Shown here piece after piece: positions 9,075-19,672 of a stretch of 64,000 bases of DNA. Every line of letters begins with the position of its first letter. Positions within the stretch are counted from its first letter, which is position 1. Under the pieces are notes generated by a model, which saw only the letters and a program-made list of their open reading frames with translations, was not told the DNA's origin and did not search any database. The stretch lies in contig CAVXGR010000011.1 in the NCBI GenBank assembly GCA_963761335.1, forward strand, positions 288,001 to 352,000, written 5' to 3'. The DNA comes from an uncultured delta proteobacterium. Lineage in GTDB: Bacteria; Desulfobacterota; Binatia; HRBIN30; BPIQ01. A program made the translations under genes and the position numbers.

Positions 9075-10385
9075 TCGATCGCGGATCGGCACGGAACGAT
9101 CGCACCCGCCTGGGGCCGTTGGCAGGCGCTGAGCGCCCGCCGTGCAGGGGGACGATGCGGCGTGCCACCTCCAGCCCAAACCGGTGCAGCGCTCAGCGTG
9201 GTCACGAACGGCTCGAAGATGTTCTCCACCATGTCCTCCGGGATACCCGCGCCGAAGTCGCGGACACGAACACCAGCTCGCGGTTCTCCACCGCCACCGT
9301 CGCCTGCGGGCGCTCGCCATTGCCCTCCGACTGTACGGCATTGCGCAGCAGGTTGGTCGACACCTGATGCATGCCCAGGCGATCCAGCCGCCAGCGGATC
9401 GGTGCCGGCGGAGCGATGACCTCGACCGCCTCCTCATCGACGGAAGCCGCGGCTTCGCGCAACAGCGTCATCGCATCGACCTCTGCGGATCGATGCGATC
9501 CGAGCCCACGAGACCGAGAAGATCCTCGCAGAGCCGCTCGAGGCGCACCGCCTCGCGCACGATGCGCTCCGCCTTGCCGTGCTCTCTTCCGTCGGCGGGC
9601 AAGGCCTCGGCCAGCAGCTGCGCGTGCCCCTTCAGAGAGGCCAGCGGATTGCGCAGCTCGTGAGCGACCACGGCCGACATTTCGCCGAGCGCCGCGAGCC
9701 GGCGAGCCCGCTCGCTCGCCGCCTGCAGGTGCTCGGCGCGAACCGAGAGCCGCCACAGGGCGAAGCCGGCTGCGGCCAGCGCCACGAGAGTGGCGAGGCT
9801 GATCAGCAGAGTGCGCACCGCGGCGGCGTGCGTCTGCGCGCCGCGGATCGGCTGGAACTCGATGAAGATCGACAAGCTGGGACCCGGCAAGGCGATGGCC
9901 GGCTTCCGGCCGCGGCGGTGGCGCTCTCCAGGGTACGCAGCGGCCTCGAGCTCGGTGTCGTAGAGAGCTGCGCCGGCCGATGCCGAGCTGTTCGGCAGCC
10001 AGGAGATGGAGGTGATCGTGCTGAGTGGGGGGAAGCGGGCATCGCTCGGGAAAGGCGCTGTCGGCGTCTCGCACGTCCCGGCGCGCTGCAGGATCTCCGA
10101 CCGCGGCGCCAGCAGCACCACGCAGCGCAGGCCCTGGGACCAGCCATGCCGCAGCGTCTCTGAAGAGAGGCCGCATCCGGCGCCCGCCTGGGCGAAAGGT
10201 GCGCCGCACCGCGTGCATGAAGACCTCGGCGAGACCGAGGTCGGCGGCGCGCGACACCGCCGCGACGCTGCTGAAGCTCTGCCAGAGGTGATCGCCAGCG
10301 CCGTGCCGACCACGGCGAGGATCACCACCTGCGCCCGGCGCGAGCGCCGCAGAGGTCCGACTCGGCGTGCTTCGCTACACTTCAC
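9075..10385 (-). pseudogene. Frameshifted sensor histidine kinase
   Basis: H-box LGEMSAVVAHELRNPLASLKG, N-box QVSTNLLRNAVQ and F-box IFEPFVTT are split across frames; ends approximate. Confidence 0.75.
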
Positions 10386-10477
10386 ATTCGCGATCCCCGG
10401 CCCGACCCGACTGCATCGCGGGACGCAGGCGGGGGGAGCAATTCAGAATCTCATCTCCTCCAGACCAGGCACCGGCG

Positions 10478-11983
10478 TCAAATCGTGTCGAGGAAATCGA
10501 GCAGCTGCTGCTGCTCCGCGGGCGTCAACCCCCGGTATGCCTGCGCCGCCGTTCTCCCCTGCCCGTCGTGCAGCGAGATGGCGTCGGCGGCGCTCGTCGC
10601 TCTGCCGTCGTGCAGGAATCGGGAGCGGCCCCGCAGCCCCCACAACGGCGACGTGCGCATCTGCCGCGGCCCGGCGTCACCGGAGGTGATGCCGTCGCCG
10701 AGAGAGCCCATGTCGTGCAACAGGAAATCCGAGAACGGGTGAAAGTTTTGCCCCGCCAGGGCCGCGCTGACCACGCTGCTGACCGGGATACCGCCGGTGG
10801 TCGGCGGGACGAATGACGCCGGGTTGCCGGCGGTCGTCAGCGTCTCGAGATGGCAGCCGCCGCAGCCGATCTGGTTGAAGAGAGCATGGCCGGCCTGAGC
10901 GTCAGGGGTGTCCGCCAAGTGGGGCGGCGGCTCCAGGGCGCGGATGAAGTCGGCGAAGCGATCGACGTCGTTGCGGCCGTCCTCCTCGGTGGCGTCCTCC
11001 GGGTCATCGCCGGTGTCGAGCAGCACGCCGAACATCACCTTGTCGAGGGCGCAGGTGCTGACCTCGTCGGGGAAGTCCGGGCTGGTGACCCCCATCTCAT
11101 TCAGATAGGCGTCGGCGGCAAAGGCACGCAGGGTGGCGTGGTCGTTTTTCCAGCCGAAGCGGCCGACGCGCAGGGCGCCGATCTCGTTCACCCGCTTGAC
11201 GACGCCGCGGATCGGCGGCGGCTGCGCCGCGGCGATGGAGTCGAAGGCACCGTCGGCGACGGCCTCCACGAAGCCGAGACCGAACAAGGGCGTGGACTGG
11301 CGCTCGCCGACACAGTTGGCACCGGCGGCAAAGCTGGCGCTCGAGGGATCGCAGATCTTCAGCGTCGGCCGGAAGGTCGTGCGGCGCATCTCCTCCCTCT
11401 GACAACGCGATTTGCGGCACTTCGGCGAGGTGATCTGGCACCCGATCGGGGTGGCGACGAGGCCGTCGCCGAAGATCGTGAAGGGCCCCTGACTCTGCGG
11501 ACCGCCGCGCAACATGTTGTCGCTCGCAAAGATATGCAGCGGCCCCGAGGCGGTGTTGTCGCGGACGCGCATCTCGTTGATGAAGGCGCCGGAGCCGCCG
11601 AGCGCCGGCTGAAAGTGACAGGAGCCGCAGGATCGGCTGTTGAAGAGCGGCCCGATGAGAGGCAGCTCCTCGACCTCGAGGAAATCCGCCTGCCCGTCGG
11701 CAAAGAGCTGCAGGTCAGCGGCGTTCTGCGGATCCAGCAGGGCCGCGAGCGGCATGCCGAAGCCGGACACGTACACGACCGCCGACGGCGGCGGCGGCGC
11801 CGAACGCGGCTGTAGCGCCCCGGGCCGCGGCGGACGGGGTTGCGCCAGAGCCGCCGAGGCCAGCGCCAGCGCCGCGAGCCCGCCGCCGACCGCCGCCACA
11901 CGAACGGCCCGGCTCGTCCGCGATGAGCACCTGCGGCTCACGCCGCGCCACTCTCCACGCCATACGATCTGCCTTGTCGTCAT
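10478..11983 (-). CDS. Di-heme oxidoreductase (DHOR, thiol oxidoreductase-like) family protein
   Basis: Two CxxCH motifs (CGSCH, CGGCH), GRFGWK, FSDFLLHDMG, RTSPLWGL, FLHDGRA; signal peptide; GGGGGA RBS. Confidence 0.88.
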   Translation of the reverse strand: MTTRQIVWRGEWRGVSRRCSSRTSRAVRVAAVGGGLAALALASAALAQPRPPRPGALQPRSAPPPPSAVVYVSGFGMPLAALLDPQNAADLQLFADGQADFLEVEELPLIGPLFNSRSCGSCHFQPALGGSGAFINEMRVRDNTASGPLHIFASDNMLRGGPQSQGPFTIFGDGLVATPIGCQITSPKCRKSRCQREEMRRTTFRPTLKICDPSSASFAAGANCVGERQSTPLFGLGFVEAVADGAFDSIAAAQPPPIRGVVKRVNEIGALRVGRFGWKNDHATLRAFAADAYLNEMGVTSPDFPDEVSTCALDKVMFGVLLDTGDDPEDATEEDGRNDVDRFADFIRALEPPPHLADTPDAQAGHALFNQIGCGGCHLETLTTAGNPASFVPPTTGGIPVSSVVSAALAGQNFHPFSDFLLHDMGSLGDGITSGDAGPRQMRTSPLWGLRGRSRFLHDGRATSAADAISLHDGQGRTAAQAYRGLTPAEQQQLLDFLDTI

Positions 11984-12014
11984 ATGTCCCCCTGTTTTCG
12001 CGCGGCCCGTCAAC

Positions 12015-12030
12015 AGCAATGGCGGTGCCA
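12015..12030 (-). promoter_or_regulatory. Sigma-54 (-24/-12) promoter for the DHOR gene
   Basis: Minus strand TGGCAC-CGCCA-TTGCT, a consensus match about 30 bp upstream of the ATG. Confidence 0.8.
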
Positions 12031-12209
12031 TGTGCGGGCGGCTACCGTCCGGCGGAGATGGTTGCCCGAGAGAGCTGCTCGACTGCGGATCTCGCATCAG
12101 GCGCAATGCGAAATCCGCAGGCAGACGTGTTTGACAACACGCCTGCCCCCATGAGAGACCCGCCGGCGGGTGTGGCGCTCTGGGCAACGCCGCGGAAGGG
12201 TAGGCAAGC

Positions 12210-13394
12210 GTGCGGGGACGTGTTCTCTGGGTTGGGCTGTCGATGGCGCTGGCACTGTGCTGCGGCTTGCGGGGAGCTGCCTTCAGCGCCGATCTGGTGT
12301 GCGTCGGCGACTGCAACGACGACGGCAGCATCACCTTGGCCGACATTCTCACCGGCATCGCGCAGATATTCGACAGCGCGGCGATCGCCGACTGCTCGAG
12401 CTTCGACTCGGCACCGGCGGACGGCGTCGTCAGGGCCAACGAGATCACCGGCGCCGTGCTCGCCGCCGGCATCTGCATACCCTCGACGCCGGCGGCCGCG
12501 GTGGCGGGCGACACGGCCATCGTGGCCAACGCCCTCGGGGTGATACCGAAGGTGGTCGCCGCCCTCGTCAGCGGCTTCGTCTACGGAACGCCAATGGCGC
12601 CGCTGGCCCGCGGGCCGAGCCCGCAGCCACAGGACTGTCCCCTGGGCGGAACGGCGCTTCGCATCGGCACCATTCCCACCGTGCAGGTCGCTCTCGCCAG
12701 CTGTAAGGTGCCGGCGGCCGGCGGCAGCGTCACCTTCCAGGGGGCCATCAACCTCAACCTGGACAGCTTCACCGCCTTCGTCGTCTCGACCTTCGAAGAC
12801 GCCGGAGGGACGCCGGGGCTGACCGCGACCGCCGACCTCAGCGGCACGGTCGGCGCCACCCTCGGCGGAGCTTGCTACGTGGCCGACGCCATCATCGCGG
12901 CCGCGGGGCGGCTGAGCGCCGCCACCGCCGACGGACAAATGGTCTCACTGGCGACGCAGCGACTGGATGTCGCCATCAGCGACCTGGTCTTCGGCACCAA
13001 CTGCGCCCCGGTCGGCTACCGGTTGGTCATCAACGGCGCCGCCACCCTCGGCAGCTCGGCGGGCAACGGCGCCAATGCCTCATTCCAGGACTTCGTCATG
13101 ACCGTCGATGAATCCGTCGACCCCGCGAGCCTCACTCTCGACGGCGCCTTTTCCTCCGATTGCTTCGGCGGTGCCGTCACCCTGGCCACCCAGATGCCCA
13201 TCGCTCTTCCCGGCGGCCAGATCTGCCCGGTGGGGGGTACCGTGGACGCCACCCTCACCGACGGCGCGGCGCGCATTCTCTACGGCGCCGACGGCTCCGT
13301 ACAGATCGATCTGGGCCCCGACGAGAGCATCGACGAGGTATTTCCTCAATGCCTCGATCCACGCCTGGCGATGTGCCCGAGCTCAGGCATGTGA
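12210..13394 (+). CDS. Secreted protein with N-terminal dockerin/EF-hand-like module
   Basis: Signal peptide, then CVGDCNDDGSITLADILTGI and DGVVRANEI; beta-rich Cys-containing remainder. Confidence 0.75.
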   Translation: MRGRVLWVGLSMALALCCGLRGAAFSADLVCVGDCNDDGSITLADILTGIAQIFDSAAIADCSSFDSAPADGVVRANEITGAVLAAGICIPSTPAAAVAGDTAIVANALGVIPKVVAALVSGFVYGTPMAPLARGPSPQPQDCPLGGTALRIGTIPTVQVALASCKVPAAGGSVTFQGAINLNLDSFTAFVVSTFEDAGGTPGLTATADLSGTVGATLGGACYVADAIIAAAGRLSAATADGQMVSLATQRLDVAISDLVFGTNCAPVGYRLVINGAATLGSSAGNGANASFQDFVMTVDESVDPASLTLDGAFSSDCFGGAVTLATQMPIALPGGQICPVGGTVDATLTDGAARILYGADGSVQIDLGPDESIDEVFPQCLDPRLAMCPSSGM

Positions 13395-13444
13395 AGGCCA
13401 CCGTCACTCTGCGGTGTTTTTGGGAGGTTGTTGATTGTATGAGT

Positions 13445-15190
13445 TAGATCGGCACCGCGTGCCCGGCTGAAGAGATAGGATGTGGGAAGGAGATAGAAGA
13501 CCATCTAGACAATCTCCCCAGGAGAGAGTGGCAGCGCGTCGCTACGTCGGAAGCTGTGTACGACACGACGCGCGGAAAGGTACCGCTGCAGCGCTCAGCT
13601 TGCGATGGAGAGCGCGCAGATGATTATGACACGGCGAAGGCTCGTCAGTACGGGGCCACGTCTTCCAGATAGGCGAAGAGGCCCTGAGACTACCGGTGGA
13701 GATAACATACAGCGAGATGATGGGATGCACGGTCACTTCTGTGTCTATAACAGCGGCCTGGAGGTATAGCTCAAGAGCCGCTCATCAAGAGAAGCAGTGA
13801 ACGCATGACTTACCGGAAACCCACCGGTGTTCCGACTCACCGCGTCTGGAAGCCCGTCCCCACCTCGGGGTTGAGTCGATAGGCGTAAAGCATCGCCCAT
13901 GGGCTGGTCGGGTGCGAGGAAATTCCCGGCGCCAAGGTAGTATCCCTTCTGCAATCCCGGCGGAGGCCATTCTCGGCGGTCTTCCACCTCTACTCTCCCA
14001 TCGTGAAGTAGTGCACGGGCGGCTCGGCCTCAATACCCGTGTACATCCCTCGGAGGTGGTAGTCGAAGAAGCGGAGCAACTCGCCCACCTGGTCGAAATC
14101 CGCCGAGGAGGGGACGGCGAAGGGGCTAAGGTTTTGGGACCACCGTGGGCCCACGGACCGAGGGTGAGCGGCTACCGGTGTGCGCACGTACAGGTAGCGC
14201 TTGATCGCGCCGTGCACATAGGCGGCATCGAAACAGCTGTAGTAGCTGTAAACGGCGCATGCGAGTTCTGCATTGCCTGAGCGAAGCGATGGGAGCTGAT
14301 GTCGTCGATCGTAAAGCCCCCCACGTCCTCATCGCGATATGTCACGCCGGCTAGCGCCGCGTACGCGTCAAGTTCGCCGAGTGCTCGCGGATCGCCGCCG
14401 TGAGCATGGAGCGGTCGCGGTCCACATCGACAGGGCGAATGCCTGCCCGATGAGCACTCCGCCCATCCGCATCCACCAGGGCAAGCTTGCGGGAAGGCTT
14501 CCGCTGTCGAGCGCCTTGGTGAAAGGTGCCCATATATCCGCCAGGGCGCGGAAGTAGATCCCTCCGGGAAAGGCCAAGTCGGCGTATTCGTCGAAGTCGG
14601 TGAAACGCAAGGCGACAGCCTTTACCGCGGGATGTCGTTCACCAGCAGAAGCTGAGCGGTCATACCACCATAAGACACGCCGGTCGCACCGACGACCCCG
14701 TTCGACCACGGCTGCCGGATGACCCAATCGACGATCTCGCCACCGTCGCGGATCTGATCGATCGAGAAGGTCGGGGTCGGGCAGCTCCCGAACGAGGCAC
14801 CCGTGCCGCGAACGTCGACATCGACCCATGCGTAGCCCCGACTGACAAAGCGCTTCTTCTCCGCCCCGTCCTGGATTTCCGGAAAGAACAGCTGGAACGG
14901 CCACGGCACCGACACGGAGCGCCAGTAACGAGTCTGATGAAGAATGGTCGGAACCTTTCGTTGGGCGCTAACCCCGAGGGGAGCAAGACGTCGACGGCGA
15001 TCTTCACCCCATCGCGCATCGTCAGGTAACGCGACGAGAATCCCAGCCCTTTGTAGCGCCAGGAGGAAGAGCTCCCCGGCACCCTTGGCTGGTCCCAGCC
15101 GGCGAGCACGTCACTGCGGCTCTGGTTCTTTGCAAAGGCCACGAGCGCCATCACCAGCGCAGCGCACGTAACCAGTGCCCGCCCCCATGT
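13445..15190 (-). pseudogene. Fragmented CocE/NonD family hydrolase
   Basis: YLTMRDGVKIAVDV, VDVRGTGASFG, PWSNGVVGATGVSYGG, LRFFDYHLRG..PVHYFTMG and LSPGEIV..LLPTSYLF occur in successive frames with stops; ends approximate. Confidence 0.8.
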
Positions 15191-15249
15191 CCGCGCGCAT
15201 GACGAGCGGCCGGGCGGAGCGGAGCTCCCGCGGGGCCTCGGCCCGTCTC

Positions 15250-15954
15250 TCAGCGGGAGCTTCGCTCTCCCGGCGGGAATGGCTCGCGCCGCTCGCCGGT
15301 CTGCGAGCCGATCCACACCTCGCCGCCCTCGAAGTACTCCTTCTTCCAGATGGGCACGACCTCCTTCAGGCGGTCGATGGCGAAGTGGCAGGCCTCGAAG
15401 GCGGCGCGCCGGTGGCTCGAGGAGACGGCGATGCCGACGCTGGCCTCGCCGATGGGCACGCGGCCGATGCGGTGCATGATGGCGATGGCGCGGATGTCCC
15501 AGCGCTGACGCGCCGTCTCGCCGATGTGCTCCATCTCGCGCACTGCCATCTCCGCATAGGCCTCGTACTCGAGGCCGAGGACTCGGCGGCCGTCGTTGTG
15601 GTTGCGCGTCACCCCGAGAAAGGTGGCGATGGCGCCGGACGCCGGATCGGCAACCGCATCGATCAGCTCCTGCAGCACGACCGGCTCGCGGACGATGCGA
15701 AACAGCGGCGCCCCACCGCTCACCGGCGGAATCACCGCGATCTCGTCGCCGTCGGCGAGCCCGTGCTCCATGTCGACGTACTCGCGGTTGACCGCGAACG
15801 ACACCGCCCGCCGCTGCTCGGCGAGCGCCGGATGGGCGGCGCAGATCATCTCCCAAAGATCTCCGACGCTGCTGCCGGGCGCCAGCTCGAAGTCGGCGGC
15901 CTCGCGGCGCAGGCGCTCGCGAATCGATGCGAAGAAGCGAACGGTGACCCGCAT
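15250..15954 (-). CDS. MoaD-MoaE fusion (molybdopterin synthase, MoaX-like)
   Basis: MoaD (VRFFA...AVNREY...IPPVSGG) is in frame with MoaE (GAIATFLGVTR, LEYEAY, HRIG, LKEVVPIWKKE). Confidence 0.92.
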   Translation of the reverse strand: MRVTVRFFASIRERLRREAADFELAPGSSVGDLWEMICAAHPALAEQRRAVSFAVNREYVDMEHGLADGDEIAVIPPVSGGAPLFRIVREPVVLQELIDAVADPASGAIATFLGVTRNHNDGRRVLGLEYEAYAEMAVREMEHIGETARQRWDIRAIAIMHRIGRVPIGEASVGIAVSSSHRRAAFEACHFAIDRLKEVVPIWKKEYFEGGEVWIGSQTGERREPFPPGERSSR

Positions 15955-15959
15955 CCTTC

Positions 15960-16454
15960 TCACTCCTGTAACAGACCGACGAGGTGGCGAAGCTCCGGCA
16001 GAATCAGCCGGGTCATCGCCAGCTCCACGGCCGCCGTCGAGCCCGGCAGCGAGAACACCACGCGCGATCCCACCACTCCGGCCGTGGCGCGGCTGAGCAT
16101 GGCGGCGGCGCCGATCTGCTCCCAGCTGAGCATCCGAAAGAGCTCGCCAAAGCCGTCGATGGTCTTGTCGAAGAGATCCCGCACAGCCTCGTAGGTGGTG
16201 TCGCGCCTCGCCATCCCGGTGCCGCCGTTGAGGATCACCGCCTGCACCTCGGCGGGCAAGCGCTCGAGGCGAGCGCGAATCTGCTGCGGCTCGTCGCGCA
16301 CGATGCCGTAGGCGGCGATCAAGTGCTTCTCGGCCTCCAGCAGCTCGCGGATGCGGCCACCGCTGCCGTCGTTCTCCTCGGTGCGGGTGTCGCTGATGGT
16401 GATCACCGCGCAGCAGACCCTCTGCGGCCCGTGGCCGTGATGGGCGTGTGCCAC
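15960..16454 (-). CDS. moaB: Molybdenum cofactor biosynthesis protein MoaB/Mog
   Basis: [44 protein letters not shown] start after GAGGAG. Confidence 0.88.
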   Translation of the reverse strand: MAHAHHGHGPQRVCCAVITISDTRTEENDGSGGRIRELLEAEKHLIAAYGIVRDEPQQIRARLERLPAEVQAVILNGGTGMARRDTTYEAVRDLFDKTIDGFGELFRMLSWEQIGAAAMLSRATAGVVGSRVVFSLPGSTAAVELAMTRLILPELRHLVGLLQE

Positions 16455-16468
16455 CCGCTCTCCTCGCC

Positions 16469-17278
16469 TCAGAAGACCGTGTTTCGCTGCGCCAGCTCCT
16501 CGTGCAGCATCCCCTGAATCTGCCGCCGCACCGCCTGCGCCAGCAGCCCCGCGGTGCGCGTGCTCAGCTCTAGCTTGCTGAGATCGCGGTGGAAATCGAG
16601 GGGCGCTCCGAAACGCATGCGCCAGCGGCTGGGGAGCGGAATGGCGCCGAACGGGCCGAGCAAGGGAAACAGCGGCGTCAGCGGCACGTAGGGCACGCCG
16701 AGAAGCCCCCGGAGGGGGCCGAGCCGCTGCCACTTGGCGATCACCGGGTAGGTCTCCTCGGCGCCGACCACCGCCACCGGAATGACCGGAACACGCTCGT
16801 TGACGCTCATGCGCACGAAGCCGCTGCGGAAGCTCTGCAACCGATAGCGCCGGGAAAAGCCCTTGGCGACGCCGGCGACGCCCTCGGGAAAGACGCCGAC
16901 CAGCTCGCCCTGACGCAGCAGGCTCACGGCGTTGTCGTATGACGCCGGCACGGCGCCGAGCTTCGCGTAGGCGGAGCCCACCAGGGGCATCTCGGAAACG
17001 AAGCGATCGAAGAGAAAGCGCACCAGGCGCGGCCTTCTCCCGCGCAGCTCGACGGCGGCGCCGATCATGGCCGCATCGAAGGGCACGGCCCCCGAATGGT
17101 TGGCGATGATCAACGCCGGGCCGCGCACCGGGACATGCTCGATGCCCTCCACCTCGACGCGCCAATAGCGCTCGAAGAGAAAGCGGAGCAGCGGGCGCAC
17201 CATGTCGTGCACGGCCGGATCGTAACCGAAGGGGTCGACGGGGTTTTCCAGAGGGATCTGTCTTGCCGGTGCGGCCAT
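16469..17278 (-). CDS. Lysophospholipid/glycerol acyltransferase (PlsC-like)
   Basis: NHSGAVPFD (HxxxxD), [13 protein letters not shown]. Confidence 0.88.
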   Translation of the reverse strand: MAAPARQIPLENPVDPFGYDPAVHDMVRPLLRFLFERYWRVEVEGIEHVPVRGPALIIANHSGAVPFDAAMIGAAVELRGRRPRLVRFLFDRFVSEMPLVGSAYAKLGAVPASYDNAVSLLRQGELVGVFPEGVAGVAKGFSRRYRLQSFRSGFVRMSVNERVPVIPVAVVGAEETYPVIAKWQRLGPLRGLLGVPYVPLTPLFPLLGPFGAIPLPSRWRMRFGAPLDFHRDLSKLELSTRTAGLLAQAVRRQIQGMLHEELAQRNTVF

Positions 17279-17386
17279 CGGGCAGGTTCTTTCTGCGGTA
17301 CGGCGGTGCGCGCTTTCCCTTCTACCCTCGGGCGGCGCCGCGGGCAACGGCGGAAGGAAAAACGGTTGGCCGCGCGGTGCGTTCCG

Positions 17387-18040
17387 CTAGGCCGACCGCC
17401 GCAGCCGATCGCGGAAATCGACGGGGAGATAGCCACCCTCGCGCAGGGTGGCGACCAGGTCTTCCTCGTCGCGGATGTCGCGCCCGAACTCGGTGGCGCA
17501 GATGCCCACGAAGCTCACCAGATGTGAATCGCTGCCACCAAACGCATGGTAGCCGAAGCGCTCGATGACCTCGCGCACGCGCTCGTTCTCGCCGCGGCGG
17601 CTGCCGCCGTTGAGCGCCTCCACCGCCACCACCCCTTCGATCGGCGGCTTGTGCGCATAGTGCTCGCACAGGCCGATGGTCGGCCGCCCGGGATGGCAGG
17701 GAACCGCCAGTCCGCCGCGGCGCGCCACCTCGCGCACCAGCTGGTGGGCATCGAGTCGAACGTCGGCAAAGTCGAAGCGCGCGGCAATCTCGTCGTTGAC
17801 GCCGTAGACGAGAAAGTGACCATAGTCGGTCTCCACCTCGGCGCCGCGGAGGATGCGCAGCCCATAGGCGTCCTCGAGCGGGCGATAGTCGGCATGCGGG
17901 TTCCACTGGCGGTGCTCGGTCAGGACGATCCCGTCGATCGGTAGCTCCTCGCGCTTGCGCTCCAGCCACTTGAGATAGGTCTCCACCGGGGCGCGGCTGT
18001 CCTCCGAGGCCTCCGAGTGTGTGTGCAGATCGAGGATCAT
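17387..18040 (-). CDS. Stand-alone PHP-domain metallophosphoesterase
   Basis: DLHTHS, LTEH, GAEV..GH, CHP, GGSDSH. Confidence 0.85.
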   Translation of the reverse strand: MILDLHTHSEASEDSRAPVETYLKWLERKREELPIDGIVLTEHRQWNPHADYRPLEDAYGLRILRGAEVETDYGHFLVYGVNDEIAARFDFADVRLDAHQLVREVARRGGLAVPCHPGRPTIGLCEHYAHKPPIEGVVAVEALNGGSRRGENERVREVIERFGYHAFGGSDSHLVSFVGICATEFGRDIRDEEDLVATLREGGYLPVDFRDRLRRSA

Positions 18041-18087
18041 GGTCTTTTATGACACATCGGCGGAGGTCGGACGAGGGGGGTCACCGT

Positions 18088-18504
18088 CTACGCCGGCCGG
18101 AAACGGGGCAGAGCCAGGTCATCGCCGACGTCTTCGAAGACGACCTCCACGGGCATGCCGATGCGCACCGTCTCCACCGGGCAGTCGACGATGTTGGTGA
18201 GCAGACGCACGCCCTCTTCGAGCTCGACGTAGGCCATGACGTAAGGCACGGACTCGCGGAACCCGGGCGCCTGGTTCTGGTGGGTCACCGTGAAGGTGTA
18301 CACCGTCCCCCGCCCCGTGCAGCGCATCCACTCCGTGTCGCTCGACAGACAGAACGGGCACAGCGCCCGCGGATAATGTCGCCGGCGGCCGCAGGCGCGG
18401 CAGCGCTGGATGTAGAGCTCGTGCCGCCGGCAGGCCTCCCAGAACCCCTTGCTCTCCTCGTCGACTCGCGGCAGTGGCTTGCGCGCCACCTTCTGCTCTG
18501 CCAT
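18088..18504 (-). CDS. DUF35-type Zn-ribbon/OB-fold protein
   Basis: CRAC...CPFC, GTVYTFTV, VELEEGVRLLTNIV, IGMPVEVVF. Confidence 0.92.
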   Translation of the reverse strand: MAEQKVARKPLPRVDEESKGFWEACRRHELYIQRCRACGRRRHYPRALCPFCLSSDTEWMRCTGRGTVYTFTVTHQNQAPGFRESVPYVMAYVELEEGVRLLTNIVDCPVETVRIGMPVEVVFEDVGDDLALPRFRPA

Positions 18505-18517
18505 CGCTGCCTTCCCT

Positions 18518-19672
18518 TCAGGCGCGCCCGAGCACCAGCGTGGCGCCGCTGTGGCGCAATCCGAGGATGCCGCCGGTGCCGTGGCAGAGGGCGACCTCGC
18601 AGCCATCGACCTGGCGCCGGCCGCACTCGCCGCGCAGCTGCCGGGTCGCCTCGATGACCAGGAAGATGCCGCGCATGCCCGGATGATTGGAGGACAGTCC
18701 GCCGCCGTCGGTGTTGACCGGCAGCGCCCCACCGAGACCGATGCGGCCGTCCTGCACGAAGGCGCCGCCCTCCCCATTGCGGCAGAAGCCGAGGCTCTCG
18801 AGCGTCTCCAGCACGGTGATGGTAAAGGAGTCGTAGATCATGCACATGTCGACGTCGCCATGGCCGACACCGGCCATCTGCATCGCCCGCGGCCCCGACT
18901 GCGAGGCCGCCATGTCGGTCAGGTCGCGGACGCCGGCGGCGGTGTGACACACCGCCTCGGAAGCACCCAGCACGAAGACCGGCGGCCGGCGCAGGTCGCG
19001 GGCGCGGGCAGCGCCGGCGACCACCACGGCGCCGCCGCCGTCGCTGATGATACAGCAGTCGAGCAGGTGCAGCGGCGAGGAGACCAGGCGGGAGGCGAGG
19101 ACGTCGGCCACGGTGATCGGCTCGCGGAACTTCGCCGCCGGATTGAGCGAGGCATGGCGGCGAACAGTGACGGCGATCTCGGCGAGCTGCTCCGCAGTGG
19201 TGCCGTACTCGTGCATGTGGCGTTGCGCCACCAGGGCATAGCCGCCGACTACGGTCGGGCCGAAGGCCACCTCGAACTGATCCGGCGGATCGCCGAGCAT
19301 GCCACCACCGGTGCCGACGGCGAAGCGGTCCGACGACGCCGTGCTACCGTAGGTGATCAGCACCACCTCGCACAGACCGGCGGCGATGGCGGCGGCGGCG
19401 TGGCCGACGTGCGCCACGAAGGACGAGCCGCCGATGGAGGTCGAGTCGAGGTAGCGCGGCTGCAGATTGAGGTGCTCGGCCACCGAGATCACGCCGATCG
19501 GTCCGACGCCGGAGGTGGCGAAGCCGTCGACGTCGGCCAGAGTCAGTCCGGCATCCTCGAGGGCGCCGCGGGCGCTCTCGGCGTGGATCTGGTACGCGGT
19601 CTTCTCCGGCGCCCAGCGCGTCGGGTGCTCGTAGACGCCGGCGATCACCGCCTGTCGCCGCAAGCCGCTCAA
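18518..19672 (-). CDS. SCP2-thiolase-like (Ltp2/lipid-transfer type) protein
   Basis: SPLHLLDCCIISDGG, YDSFT, VNTDGGGLSSNHPG; TTG start overlaps the upstream stop. Confidence 0.88.
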   Translation of the reverse strand: MSGLRRQAVIAGVYEHPTRWAPEKTAYQIHAESARGALEDAGLTLADVDGFATSGVGPIGVISVAEHLNLQPRYLDSTSIGGSSFVAHVGHAAAAIAAGLCEVVLITYGSTASSDRFAVGTGGGMLGDPPDQFEVAFGPTVVGGYALVAQRHMHEYGTTAEQLAEIAVTVRRHASLNPAAKFREPITVADVLASRLVSSPLHLLDCCIISDGGGAVVVAGAARARDLRRPPVFVLGASEAVCHTAAGVRDLTDMAASQSGPRAMQMAGVGHGDVDMCMIYDSFTITVLETLESLGFCRNGEGGAFVQDGRIGLGGALPVNTDGGGLSSNHPGMRGIFLVIEATRQLRGECGRRQVDGCEVALCHGTGGILGLRHSGATLVLGRA

